From NCBI GenBank assembly GCA_973895155.1, contig OZ316899.1, forward strand, positions 2,625,455 through 2,689,454: a stretch of DNA of 64,000 bases. Direction: 5' to 3'. Positions within the stretch are counted from its first letter, which is position 1, and each line of letters starts with the position of its first letter. Below the pieces are notes generated by a model, which saw only the letters and a program-made list of their open reading frames with translations, did not search any database and was not told where the DNA came from. The stretch is from Marsupella aquatica (taxonomy: Eukaryota > Plantae > Marchantiophyta). This document shows, one piece after another, positions 11,886 to 25,168 of the stretch. Made by a program: the position numbers and the translations under genes.

Positions 11886-13170
11886 TATGGTCCAGGCCCG
11901 GATAGGCCATCCGGGGAGGACTTAGCATGGGGAGACTTTTGGGCAATGAGACGTGGCACTAGCGAGGCAAGGAGCCAAGCTGGGGACACACACTAAGGAC
12001 TTGGACTAACTGATAGTTGGTCGGGTCAAGGGGAAATGGGCCGGGCTCAAGGATGGCCGTCCGGACCTTCGGATGGACTTTGAGTTCTAAGGGCTTGAGT
12101 GTGAGATCCTCTTGGGCCCAAGGCCAATGGAGTTGACGCCATGGGCAACGGACGCTTGGGGCGCAAGTTAGGGCCCGAGCTGGGTTGGGCCGGTCGGGGG
12201 CCCTGAGCGGCGAGGAGACCTGAGGGCCTAGGCATGGGCACTGGGTCGGCCCATTCACAACGGGCTAAGGCACTCCGCTTGCGGATGCCTAACAAGAAAT
12301 TTATGGGCGTTGCCAGTTGGTGGCACGCCCATTATGCGCGATAGGATCCGAGTCTGGGGGCCGCCAAACGGAAATGGCAATATCTTCCTAACGAGAAGTC
12401 CATTGGGGGACTTCTTGGGTGCGTTGGAAAGCTCTCGAGGAGGGCTATGCCCTTTTGAGCTCAACTGTGCCTGGGGGCACCATGGGTTCTTGTGGTTTGC
12501 GGGTGTTAGCTCACCCGCTTGCCAAATCCTGCCGAACAGTAGCCAAGCCGCGTTCAGTCTCCCAAGGGAGCTTGCGTTGGGGAGGAAAGGCCAAGTAGGT
12601 GTGGAGACTGAGTTCCAAGGGTGCTCGGCCCCTAGACCATCAGTGGGGCAAATCGGGAGTTGGTTGCTAGAGTCGGGGCCGTTCTGGTCTCGGCGTGTTG
12701 GGACAAGCTTGGGACAAGCTACGCTAATTGGGCCATGAGCATGTCCTGGGGTCAGGGCGGTTAGTTGGTGATGGATAGGTGCAAGGGGGAACCCGGGCTG
12801 CGCCCAATGAAGGAGTTGTCCTGGACAGATAGTGGGCGTGGGTTCTGGTTCTGGCTTATGGCATAGGGAGGACCTATCGCTGAGACCTATTTACCAACAT
12901 CTGTTGAGCTTGAGTAGGATGCTAGACGTGGCGAGTTCTAGATCCTTAAGGGTTACTTACCGAGGTGCTTGGTTGCTTGTGGAGATAGGGAGGACCGTTG
13001 AGTAGCGGTCGTGTTAGAGAGCAAGTGTGGCTTTGTATGGGAGGGGCCGCTGGCGGTGCAAGGGGCACTAGTTTACTTTCTCAAGGTATTCCATGGAGGC
13101 GTCCGGGCACCAGGGGCACTTAGGCGTGAGTGCTGGGATTGGTGAGGGCGCTGGGTGGCAAGGTCCACCA
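11886..13170 (+). repeat. 5' LTR of gypsy element B (left edge approximate)
   Basis: GC-rich 1.3-kb block that interrupts element A's protease frame at ~11885 and ends in CA four bases before a PBS. Confidence 0.65.
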
Positions 13171-13174
13171 CTTG

Positions 13175-13186
13175 TGGTATCAGAGC
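13175..13186 (+). promoter_or_regulatory. Primer-binding site for tRNA-iMet
   Basis: TGGTATCAGAGC, the canonical plant PBS. Confidence 0.9.
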
Positions 13187-13300
13187 GATTACTGGCATAG
13201 ACACCGGGCCGGGGTTGTGCTAAGTCGGATTCCAAAAATCTTAACGGATTTTTGCGGGGACTTAGTGCTTCAACGTGCCTGGGGGGTCGACTGTGGGAAC

Positions 13301-13474
13301 ATGGCTAAAAACACTCAATCAAAGAGTGGCAAACAGGCTCCCCCCACCAAGGGGAGAGCCCAAGTCCAAGATGAATAGAAGGAGGACGGATCGACTTCCC
13401 TAGACGAACGTTACAAGCAGGATGAAGAAGATGCAACGCCCAAACTGTCAACCGTTGCGGCGAACACGTCAAGT
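13301..13474 (+). pseudogene. Start of element B gag, cut by CACTA-1
   Basis: ATG 13301 (MAKNTQSK...) lies ~115 bp after the PBS and ends abruptly at CACTAG 13475. Confidence 0.55.
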
Positions 13475-14479
13475 CACTAGAAGAAAACCTGTGTTTTACT
13501 ACTACAAGCCCTGCAACTACTTTGCCTAAACAACTCATACGTGGTGCCAACCACTGTTTTTTTAATGGGTTGTAATAATCTGCATTTTATTACTCTACTT
13601 AGAACTATGTTACCTTAATCACTGATTATAACTCTTTTTTTTGCCACTAAAACTTAGATCACTTGAATTAGAGTTGTATATTACACAAATTTACAAATCA
13701 CTACAATCCACCGTCCATTACACCGTCGATGTTTACAACTCTATTTTCAACTAAGATTTTACTACTGGCCGAAATCACTAAAAATACAAGTACCACCAAT
13801 ATTTGAATGATAAAGGTGCTTTTTCAATCAACTCCCAATCAAGTGAATTTTTTCCAAGTGATCTTAATTACTTGAAATAATGTCATTTGTGAGCACACCT
13901 TTTGTTACTATAAATATCACCAATAGTGGAGTCACAAATGAATTTTGGCAAAATCACTTAAAATATTTTAGTGACAAAAAAATTCTTACAAACAACTTAA
14001 GATTGAGCGAATTAATTGTCAGTGTACAACATTTCTTTAAATAAAGTCATTATTATCACAAATTGTCTGACTACAAATACCACTAATATTAGAGTCCAAT
14101 AAATATTATTTGAATGATGCAACTTCAAACCAAGCGTCACATCCTCCTTAGTCCAAAATCACTCTAAAGAATGTCATTCTCTTCGCACATTTTAGTGACT
14201 CCAAATGCCACTAAGAGTAGAGTGTCAATGCAGAACCTTGCAAATGACTTGAAATAAAATAGATCATTTTCTATTCTCAGAAATCACTATGAATAATGTC
14301 ATTTTTTAGTTTTGACAAATGACTGAAAATTGAACAGATTATTTTGTGATGTCCAAAACCTCTCCCAATGATGTCATTATCAACACACATTTTCAGTCAC
14401 GATATGCATGCCGCCGGAATTATAGCGACAAAAAAAATAAATTATTACAAATTGTACCCAAACCACTACACAACAGGTG

Positions 14480-15960
14480 CTTTGAGGGTTTTGGGCACCT
14501 GTCACTTGAAATACCACCATGTTTTGAGTTGGGAAACTTATGTGTTTGAACTTCCAATCAAGTGCATTGGTAAATACGAGCCCAAACCACTTAACATAAG
14601 GTCCTTTCGGGCTCTCGTCTTCTTGCAACTACAAACTGCACCCATATTTGAGTGATGCAACACACATTGGTGCTACCACTTGCCATGAACTAGTGCTAAA
14701 AAGAGTGAATTGTGTGGATGCATCACATAAGCCCTATATTTGTAATTCCATAGAGTCTTGGAGTGATTTGTGTGGAGTTCATGATGTTGCTGCATCACTT
14801 GGGTGCCTCAAATCTCTCCACCTTGGCAATTTATGCGTCACAATCTCATTATTGTTGCTATAACTAGTTGGCACACGTGATGGGGGTGTTCCATGGCTTC
14901 ACCATGGGGGGCTAACACGGAGGAATTGTGGTGGCGGCGGGCCCAACCCTCCTCCTTTAATCATGGCCCTCCGAGAATTGCGGCAAGGTGGATCCACTTC
15001 TCATTATCCATTGTAAGTTTGTTACTCCCCAAAACACTAAAAACCGTGTTCTTCAAAGCCCTAATTTCTAGCGACTAACACTATCACTCAAGCTGGGGTG
15101 GTACATAACGCATCCCTCTAAACCACTTCTCATGAAGTGGTAGTCCTAGGGTGATTGGGGGGCAAACCACTACAAATGAGGTGGTTTTAGGGTTTAGGGC
15201 AAATGCAACTTAAGATACCACCTTTATTTGAGTTGAGAAGTAAATTGGGCGCAAACACTTGCAATGAAGTGTACTTATATGTACACGCCCAATTGACTCG
15301 GAAAAAGGTCCTTTAATTTTAGGCCCTCGCCTTTTGGCAACTACAAATTGCACCCGTATTTGAGTGATGCAGCACACTTTAGTGTGACCACTTGCCATGA
15401 ACTAGTGCTAAAAGGAGTGAATTGTGTGGATGCATCACATAAGCCCCATATTTGTAATTCCGTAGAGTCTTGGAGTGATTTGTGTGGAGTTCATGATGTT
15501 GCATCACTTGGGTGCCTCAAATCTCTCCACCTTGGCAATTTATGCGTCACAATCTCATTGTCGTTGCTATAACTAGTTGGCACACGTGATGGGGGTGTCC
15601 CATGGCTTCACCATGGGGGGGGGGGGGCTAACACGGAGGAATTGTGGTGGCGGCGGGCCCAACCCTCCTCCTTTAATCGTGGCCCTCCGATAATTGCAGC
15701 AAGGTGGATCCACTTCTCATTATCCATTGTAATTGTGTCACTCCCGAAACTACTCAAAAAGTGTGCTTCAAAGCCCTCATTTCTAGCGACTAACACTATC
15801 ACTTAAGCTAGGGTGGTACATCACGCATTACTCCAAACAACATCTCATGAAGTGGTAGTCCTAGGTGACCATTGTTCCCAAACCACTACAAATGATGTGG
15901 TTTTAGGGTTTAGGGCAAATGCGACTTAAGATACCACCGTCATTGCTGTTGACAAACCCT
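14480..15960. repeat. ~710-bp tandem unit (about 2 copies) with embedded (TTTAGGG)2
   Basis: GATGCATCACATAAGCCC recurs at ~14717 and ~15429; TTTAGGGTTTAGGG at 15186-15199 and 15902-15915. Confidence 0.85.
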
Positions 15961-18900
15961 AAACCCTATGCACCAGCCCAAACCACTAGAAATGAGGTGC
16001 TTTGGAACACTCACCTTTTGGCCACTACTATTATCACTCAAGGTTGAGTGGTACATGGCACAAATATTTGGACTCAACAAAGTTACAATGAAGGTCGGCA
16101 AGGTATATCTATTGTATACTACTCCAAACGATGGGATACCACGCTCGGGACTACGCCCTCTCCAAAGTGCAACAACAATGTCTCTAACATTTGAATAAAT
16201 AATACATTACACATTCATGATAATGACTTGTAACCAAGTAGTGGATCTTTTTAAGACTAGCCAAAACCACTTTGAATAAGGCTTTTCCAAAAGTTATCTG
16301 TAAAAACATAATAATTACTACCTCAATGTGACAATGGTCTAATAGAATGCTCATATTTTTGGTTAATTCAAAAGGGGTACCCATGAGACAGTATCACTTA
16401 ATTATTACTCCCCAAATCACAAAATATAATGCAGGGGTTGGGGAAAGTGTTTTTAAGAACATAATAATTGTGTGTCCATATATATATGACATCTTCAGCT
16501 TCCTTGCTACAACCTTTTTTAACACATTGACATGTTTGTATGCACTTTGCATAGGTATGGGTTTAATTACATACTCAATTGGTTTGCACAACTAATTAGG
16601 CAAACCCCCAAATGCAAAAACAATATTGTTCCCACAACAATATTCCACAAAGCCCAATGCAAAAAATGTGACAACAAACCATATTGTTCCAAACGCCAAG
16701 GTCAATGTGGATGGGCAAGGTTAATGGCAAAGGGCAAAGGGCCCAAGTCACTAAATTATCACAATCCTTATTAGATTAGAGTAGAGTATTGATACTATGT
16801 ACCTTTATGCCAACGGCTGAGATCACTCAGGGCAGCCGAGAACCATTGGATGCCCAACGGCATTGTTCCCGCCAGACCAAGTTCCGTGATCCCTTTCTAG
16901 CCTCTTTACTTTGGAATCCCTTTTCCCACAAAAATGTCGAGGCCCAACGTTCGATGTTGTGGTTTTCCTCTGCGTGCAGGACTTTGGAGATTGATAGCAG
17001 GGTTTAGTGGTATCACGCAAGGTTGAGGGGTGAAGGTCATCAGATGCGGGAGCTTGGTCAAACATTGGAGGCTTGAAGGTCATCAGTCAAGCTCACTGTT
17101 ATCGGCTTTAGCCAATGTAGTTGCGGATTTTTGAGGGCTGCATTTTTTGCCTCCAGAGCTATGGAGTGTGAGCTGCGATCAAAGCTCGTCGATTTCCTGA
17201 AGTGGATTGTGGAATGCGGGAGTGAATGTGGGCACGGTGCGCTCAAGGCTCAAGGCTCGTGCATTCTTTCTAAAGTGGACGCGGAGCTGCAGGAGTGCGG
17301 AGCTGCAGGAGTGCGGAGCTATAGGAGGGCGAAGCGCAGGAGTGTGGAGTGTGGGATTAAGTGCGGGAGCGCTGTAGTGCGGGAGTGCAGAGTGCGGCTG
17401 TTTAGGGCAAGGCATTGCTCTTGGAACTGCCATCAGTTCCAAGACAAGCTTGGACTGCAGCTTGACGAAGGAGCTCCCGAAAGTAGTCGAAGGAGGCTCA
17501 GCATACTCGCCACTCGTTTGTTTGGAGGTTAGTGTGCTTCTTTCACTTCCTGGCCATGCCCTGTATTTCTTTCAGCTTTCCCAAACCAAGTCTTGGGTCT
17601 GTCCTTTCCTAAAACAACTGTTGGGTCTCCATTTCCATGGCCAACTTCAGTTGCGCCTTGCTTTTTCTCATCTACAGAGGTACTTGCTCTCTAAGTCTAC
17701 AAGTCTGGGTCTGATATCGGCTGTTTGAATGTCTTGGTTGTTCTGTGCTATGCCTTCCCAAATGTATTGTTGAGGCTGCATTGCAAATTAGACTGTTACA
17801 TTTTGGATCAAATAGTAGGTGTTGACGCAGTTGGATTGTGATTGAGCTATAGCATGAAGGTTTGTTGAATGTAAAGACCATGGTGCTAACTGATGGGTGC
17901 TGCATATATTTGCCTAGCGAGTGCCAAAATCTAACTTTGGTTTGAGCTCATCAGCGAGGAGTTTTGGGTTGTAGTAGTGGTCACTCATGGAGACCAAGAG
18001 TGCTGTAGAAGTCCTGGTAGAAGTATGCGGGGCTGAACTGTCCTTGCTGTAGTAGGAGAGATTGTCGCGAGGTGTCACTCTTCCTCCTTGAGCTGTTGAA
18101 GTGATATTCTATCTAGGGAGAAAAGGTTGCTTTCTCATAGTGGCATATATTTCTCTCGGGGTCTAGCTCCTCTAGCTCTATTTCATTATTTGTCTTACGG
18201 TAGTCCTAGGGTGACCCGTGGATTGTAGTGCGCCTGCTGTCATTGTGCACTGATTGAGCTGCTTTCATTTGCATTGAGATGGAGATTGAGTTATCAGCCT
18301 TCAATGGTGGACCTTCACCAAGTAAGTTCCGTGATCAAGTGGCGTGGAGCTGGAGTTCACTGCTGCGCATGATTGTTGGCCCTATCCTCTGTCCCTCTGC
18401 TGGCGTCCCTATCCTCCGTCTGCTCCATTTTGCTCCGTCTTGTCCTCCGTCTGCTGCTGTTGTGATATGCTTGAATAGTTCCAAGGATTGATCAGGTTGC
18501 ATGACCAGCAGATCTATCATGATTCTCTTTAAACATAATCCTTCTATTCAGTGCTTAGTTATTTCATTCTTGTATCTTAGTTTTCAATCATGTAATGCTG
18601 AGTCCAGACAGATTTAGCGGCAGAGTTAGCAGGAACAGATGCATCCTCATCAAATGAAATAGGTGGAGGACGTCATTTGCAATTGTTCCGAGCAGATCCA
18701 TTGCTAGTTCTTCTATTTTGCGCAATGTGCATTATGCCTGTCTACTATCGATTTGTATGGTAATATGTTTTTGTTTTCAGTCGTCTGTTACAAAGTGATT
18801 CTGCGCACGTACTGTTGTTGCTGTCTCTAACTTCCGCGCTGCCTCCGTAAAGCTGTAGTTAACCCTTAAAGTTGCTTTTGATCAAGCTGTCTAGTCAAGC

Positions 18901-19640
18901 CTTCAAGCTGCCTCCAATCAAGCTTGAAGGCAAGCCTTCAACAGTGGAGCTAAGTGATCTAGCTCTGTGGAGCTTGAGTACATCGGAAGGACCGAGGTGA
19001 GTTTCCCTAAGTAACCTCTATTGCGTGAGCAATCTCCAAGTGCAGAGTTGGCGTTTACTTATTCAGCATACTGGTCTTTGCGTTATGTAATTGTACATGT
19101 GATTTGAGTGCAGTCTTCCTCTCCATGTCCCACATTAATTGTTTAAATAGAGACTGTCTACTGATTCACAGTTGAAATAGAGACAAACTGATTCTGATTG
19201 ATTGGCAGTTTCATTGAGAGCTCTACTTCATTGCCCTCTACATAGAGATATGGCCAGATCAGTCTTCTTGGCTGATCATGGTTGTGACGCCGCCGGTATG
19301 GTGGGTAATGAGTGATTCGGCCTAACACACGCGTTGGGGGTATCTTAGGCCGTATTTATTAGCATAACGACAGTATTTAGGTAGCCATTATGAGTAGAAA
19401 ATCATTAGTCAATAAGGGGCATTCGTGTTCGGGCTGGCGGCGGGTCGCCATTCGCATGCCCGGGTTGTGAGCGTGTAATGGGCCCTCCACTCTTTCCCCT
19501 CGGGTCCGTATAACAAATTTTGGGAGGCGGCCACTGACACGTGCTGACCCGGACTGGCGGAGTGACCGGTACACTGCAAGCGTGAAAGTCTCGGCCTATA
19601 AGCAACGAGGAGGCGACAAGCGATCGACGAGCTCTTAGGG

Positions 19641-19647
19641 TATAAAA
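19641..19647 (+). promoter_or_regulatory. TATA box in unit D
   Basis: TATAAAAGGGG ~100 bp upstream of the coding stretch. Confidence 0.5.
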
Positions 19648-19749
19648 GGGGGTCGATCCTTTGCAGTGCACCAGTTCTTCAAACCACGCGCCAACTTTGA
19701 TCCTAGTTCTCTTGCTTATCCTTAGTCGCCTTCCATCTCCTCTGAATGT

Positions 19750-22350
19750 TGCACACGATCCTTTCCAGTTCGGCCATACAATTTTGGACGTAGTTCCTGT
19801 CTATCGGAGGGCACTTGGCCGACTCGTTGAAACACGCCAACCCGCGATGATACAAGATTGAATGCGAGTACAAGAGAGCCATCCGCCTAGCAGACCGCCA
19901 TCACTATCTCCTTAACTTTGATTACCCGTCCCAGAGCGAGCTTTACCGACCCGAAGAAATATCAGGGTACTTCTTTGACGGAGGCAAATATATCGGCTTT
20001 TGGGAGGCATTGCTTTGGCTCCCGGACAAGGTCGTCAATATCCCGGGCATGATCGACTTACAGCGGCACCACTATGACCACATCCCCGCTCGGGTCCGGG
20101 ACATCCTCAACAGCAAGTCCAGCGCTACCCGATCTACAAGGGCGCCTACACTTGCGTCAGAAAACCTCTACCGGCACCTACAGAATTTCATGGCAACCCA
20201 CCATCGACCATCGGTGCCAGCCCAGCCGTGCCCGCACCAGCACCAGCTCAGGCTCAGGCTCCACCTCAACTTAGCCAACCCCCGCCCCTACAGGTCAGAT
20301 CCGTCATCAACGCTGTGGACCTCAGCGACGACGAAGAGGCTACCTTACTCTTGCTCAGGCGGCCTAGAGGAGTAAGTACCCAGGGAGCCAGCACTACATC
20401 GCCCCTTCCCTAGGCCCGGACCAGAGTAGCGGCTCCAGCGGACAACACGGTGACCGTAGCCACCCCGGCCCCAATACTAACGGCAGTGGCACTACCTACA
20501 CCCGATCAAGAGGATGGGGAGGTGTCACCCTCCCCAAGCCAGTCTCAGGGAAGGAAGAGCAAGGAACCGCAGCTATATCCGGGCTACCCATGGCCACGGT
20601 AGCCGCGGCCAAGGTAACAATGCACCGCATGGGGGAAAATGTGCATAAGAACATCCTCCACCCCAAACATGCGGTGTACTTGAAGACTCAGGGGTTCGAG
20701 CACCTTGCCTCTCTCCCCTAGAACACCTACAGATACTACGGGGAGGACATGACGGAGTTTGTCAAGAATTATGACGACGTCCGTCAGCATACCGGGCTGC
20801 GGGGGAGGAATATGTCCCTCACAGAGGAACGGCTCAGGATGATCTTTGGGCTACCCAAAGGCGATCACCGAGTCGAATCACAGGCTCCCAGGGGCAAGGG
20901 AGCCAAGTACCAATCCTCAAGTTTTCCCTCCGAGGGGTCAGTGGACAACGGGTTCGTGATGAGGACCTGCCTCATCCCCAAGATAGCTGAGCGGCTGGAG
21001 TTCCAAAGGTACGCCCTCCACATGATGGAACCCCGGGGTGAGATCTCCGCTGCCCAGGTTATCCAAGTCGAGAACTATCGACCTAGGAAGTGGGCTTTGT
21101 ACTTCGCTAAGAAGTTCCATGAAGAGATGGAGCGGTGAAGGAAGTCGCTATACATCGGCGGGAAGGTGTATTTTGCGAGCCACATCAAGATCATTCTCGA
21201 GTGGTACGCCCAATTTGATCGACGAACCCTTCCCCGGGTCAACGTAACTAAGTTGATTCCGACTAAGTGGATCTTCCCGACCTTGGAGAGACGGCCTTAA
21301 CCCAAGGCCCAAAGTCCGGTGGCGACGTAGGCCTCACCCATTTAACCTCCACAGGTAGCGGTAGCCGTGGCCGAAGAAGTACCGGAAGAGGAAGTGATCG
21401 CAACCTTAAACGCGATCAACCAGGCCGGGCCTGGTGCAGAAGTCGGGGCGGTGCATGGAGGCCTTGCCCAAGCCCAAAGGTCCAGAAGACCCACCAGTGG
21501 CTATTCCAGAGGACGGCCCGATGGTGGAGGAGGACACTCCAGCCCCTTCCAACACTACATCCCCAGGGCTGGATGTCACTACCCTGGCTCCCACGCGAGT
21601 TAACGTCTGCCCGTGCCCAACTCCAGACGGGCATAACCTGGACCACCCAAAACTCTTTGTATCGGGTACATTTCTAAATGGGCTTTTGGGAGATTTCTCC
21701 CAACATATAGCCCGGGATACCGGGGAGTTCATGGCTTGGAAGGTAGCCTACTTCTTCAATCAGGAGTTGGTTGCCGTAGTAAAAGTAGGTAGGGCTCAAT
21801 TGGAGGCCCTTCAGCGGATAGAGCGGTACCGGGTTGAATCCGTGTACCTAAAGGATGAAGTTGCAGCTCAAGAGGCTGAGCTTCTACAACTACGACCCAA
21901 GGTTGCAGTCGAAGATGAGTTGTTAGCAAATGCGCATGCCCTTACCGCCTTGGCCGAACAAGCCAAAGCTGGGAAGGAGGCTGAGATTGCACGGCTCCGG
22001 ACCCAGGTTGACAGTTTGAAGAACCAAACTATCATCTGGCAGAAAGACCTAGAGGAGGGCCGAAGAGCGGGCCCAGCGTGACACTAAGGAGATTGCCACC
22101 CTGCAGGCCGAAGTGGCACGGCTTCAAGCTGAAGTCGAGAAACAGACCCAGGTGGTGGACAACCTAATGAGCAACGCCCAGCAACTAGAAGAGGCATGCC
22201 AGGAGGCAGCTGAGGAGACGGACGTGGCGAAGTGAGAAAACAAATCTCTACTGGACCAAGTCCAGCTCCTCAAGGCGGACAACGATAGACTCCGTAGGCA
22301 ACGGGATGGCCGCTCCTACTCGGACGGCTCTGGCAAGCGCACCAGACATT
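19750..22350 (+). pseudogene. Frameshifted retroelement accessory ORF (Pro/Ala linker, globular domain, coiled coil)
   Basis: Consecutive + frames 19661-19861, 20010-20375, 20228-20413, 20749-21138 (EFVKNYDD..LTEERLRMIFGLP..WALYFAKKFHEE) and 21434-22081 plus downstream coiled coil. Confidence 0.6.
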
Positions 22351-25168
22351 AGCGGAGGGTTAGGCTTAGAATAGACTTAGGAGTAGCTAAAACAGGCTGG
22401 TAGGAGAAGTGTCGGTCAGAAGATAGCGGCGCTGACACATTAGCCAGCCTGTGTAGAATAGGTTAGACTAATAGGACAAGCAAGCACCAGCTTAGTAGGG
22501 ATATAAGTTAGCGTAGATTCGGGCACGAGGCCAGGCCGGTCCCCAGCCCTTAGTATTTAGCGGCCCCCCTAGTAGAGGTTAGGGAGGGGGATTTTAGACT
22601 CAGAAGTTGGCCATTCGTAGTATGCACGGGGAGTCCCAAACTCGGTGAAGTACCGGAGTACCAAGGGGAGGGTATACGACTAAGCTTGCTAGGTGAGTGC
22701 GGAGCCGGGCTCCGTTGTAGTGTATACTCCTCGGCCTTGGGCCCGGTCGTTCATGAGGTGTCGGATCAACCAAATTGTAAAGTGTATGATCACAAATGAA
22801 TGAAATCCTTTCTCCTTAATTCCTTCGTGTAAATCAAGATTTCTGTTATGTATGTATGCATGTATGAGTCTCGTGTGCAAGTATCAATGTCGGGCCGAAC
22901 ACATTATGCCAACTGTGCACAGGGTGCAAGATATGGGTACGAGGTTGCGAGCCCGGGTTGAGCTTTTGTACTAACGGATCCGGATCAAAGGCGGTAACAC
23001 GAAGGCTTAGAAGTCCGTGAGCCGGGGTCAACCCCTGTCGACTAAGGTACGTTCCGGCGGCGAAACACAAACTATGCCTAGGAGGTGTCTGTACATAACA
23101 GTAAGCGCTAGTTTACATGAATTAGGAGCATTCCGTGCGTCCCTCCCTGTCCAAACCCTCATATTCACAAAGGATGTGCCTGTCTAAGCCAAAGCTTGGG
23201 TTAAGGCCTAGGCTGACGACGTGACAATGGTTTGAGCTAAAATGTGAATGTGAAGGACTATTGGTTTCTAAGTATGACCAGTTTAATATATTAGCGAGAG
23301 AAACAAGTCTGTGCCTTATGCCCATTGAAACCGAGAATGAATGTTGACAATTAAACTACAGACAAATTGTGAGTCTATAGACAAGAAGCCATGTACTTGA
23401 AAACTGCAATCTCACTTTTCTGGGAGCTCTCTCTCACTTCCTTCACAGTTTCTCTTTGGCTGCTCATCCTATGTGCTCTTTCTCTCTCTCTCTCTGTTTT
23501 GTGCATTGCATTGTTCGACAGGACGTCTGCTGTGCTCTGCCTAAGATGTACCTGTACTCTCGTGAATGTGCTTGCAAGATAGCACTAAATAACGTTGCCC
23601 ATGCTCATCATGATGTGCCTCTGCAGTTCCTTCCTCAAAACTCCGAGGTCTCCCACGGATACTGTCTAGTGTGGACGGCCCCTGGAGAGCTGGAAGCCTT
23701 GAGCTTTGCTCATTTTGTTGCTCTCACCTTGTGTTCAATACCTGTGCTGCACTTTTTTCAACCATTCCCTGTGGAACTACCGTAAGACAGCATGCAGGCT
23801 ATATTTGAGTCCCCTTATTCATCTACATAGGAGAATATTCATTTTCACCTATGCTGGTTGGCTGGCTGTAAGTTATGAATTTCAAAGTCTGTTTCAAGGT
23901 CTGTTTTGAGTTTCCTCATCTTGTCTCATGTTGTTGCTTCTCTTTCTATGAATCTTGGATCAATGCTACCTGCTCCCTAGGTCAGCCTCCTATTCAGTAC
24001 ACTGGTATGGTTAATGGAGTCTTGTTTGTGTGCGGGGTAAATAGAATTACCATCTGTTGGAATTTCAAAGTCTTCAGCCTGTCTGAGCTTGTCCTTTAAA
24101 ACGTTTACTGAATTCAGGGTCAGTCATGAAATCTCTAGTTTTTTAACCATGGTCTTATAGTTTCAGGAGCAAGTGGACCTGTTGTGGATGTGGGCAGAGG
24201 ACGTGTTCAACAATAGCTATGGAGGACTCGCAGCACTCACTTTCATAGTCTTGCAGGCACTGCAGAGAGATTGCGTCTGGAGTTTGACATTTTAATCTAA
24301 GATGTCACCAGTCCACTCACCATCTTTGTTCAATGACTCTATTCCAGAAGGCCCACAATCTACTATTAAATGAATTTAGAATGCAATACTTAAAGTCTCT
24401 GTCAATGACTCCCACTCCCCCCCGGCAGATATGCCTTATGGCTCTAGAGTATTGTGAATGAAGAAAGTTGAAGAGTGTCCATGTGATGTTTGTCCATGCA
24501 TAGTCCTTTCCAACTCAAACCAATGCTCTATGTAGTGGCTCCATTTAAACGATACAATATTCATGTCCATGGCTTAGCTGCTCACTAATCCTTTGGTAGC
24601 AATTTGACCCTGGCTCTGTAATCTACTGGTCATTTAAATGGTGTACCAATCGTTTGGTAGTAGTCTGAGTGTGGCTATGTAATTTGCTCTAAAACAAAAC
24701 TAGAGAGCGATTACCCACATTCAAATTTGTTTGGGTTTTTCCCAACTGACAAAAGTTATGTCTATATTTTTCTGAGTTTAATGGCAAGCCTATTGTTCTC
24801 TGTAGAATTGGAATAGTACTCCATGAGTCTCAGGTAACCTTTAGGTACAGAAGGAGTTTGAAACAAAACATCAGATGCATGTATGTACAGTCCAATGACT
24901 CTTTTGTGTCACATTTGTGTTGTTGCAGATTATCAATCATTGTTTTTACATCTTGTGATGTGAGAGGAGATTGAGATCTACATCTGAAATTGATCAGGAC
25001 AATCTCCCAATTTCATTGCCTTCCTCTTGGTTGAGTACAATTGGTGAGTCCTCTGCATTCTGGCCCCACATTGGATTGCAATATGGGAGTTTGTGTACGT
25101 GTTATATGACATCCAATGTAACAATTTAATAACTCTTCAAGTTTTCTTGTTCATGTCCAGTGGTCATA

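Larger units (their letters stand above)
19283..23226 (+). mobile_element. Solo-LTR-like unit D (3.9 kb) containing a gene
   Basis: TSD ATGGT at 19278-19282 and 23227-23231; termini TGTGACG...CGTGACA; no internal LTR pair seen. Confidence 0.8.
16790..23270. mobile_element. Solo-LTR-like unit C (~2.5 kb net), hosting unit D
   Basis: TSD AGTAT at 16785-16789 and 23271-23275; ends TGATACTA...TGGTTTCTA (terminal CA read as TA). Confidence 0.55.

Noticed and set aside
11959-12738. Overlapping ORFs in LTR B
   Set aside because: GC-rich LTR sequence open in several frames with no recognisable domain.
13175-13186. tRNA gene
   Set aside because: Only the complement of a tRNA 3' end (PBS); no tRNA or rRNA gene was seen in the window.
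14346-15802. Short ORFs in the ~700-bp units (also 36412-38578)
   Set aside because: Frames are not preserved between repeat copies.
17058-18520. ORFs in LTR-like unit C
   Set aside because: Driven by a 17-bp GC-rich tandem motif or broken by many stops; a decayed antisense gene cannot be excluded.
22663-22680. PPT-like AAGGGGAGGG suggesting a separate 3' LTR in unit D
   Set aside because: Sequence after it does not match the unit's 5' end; the TSD fits the whole 3.9 kb.
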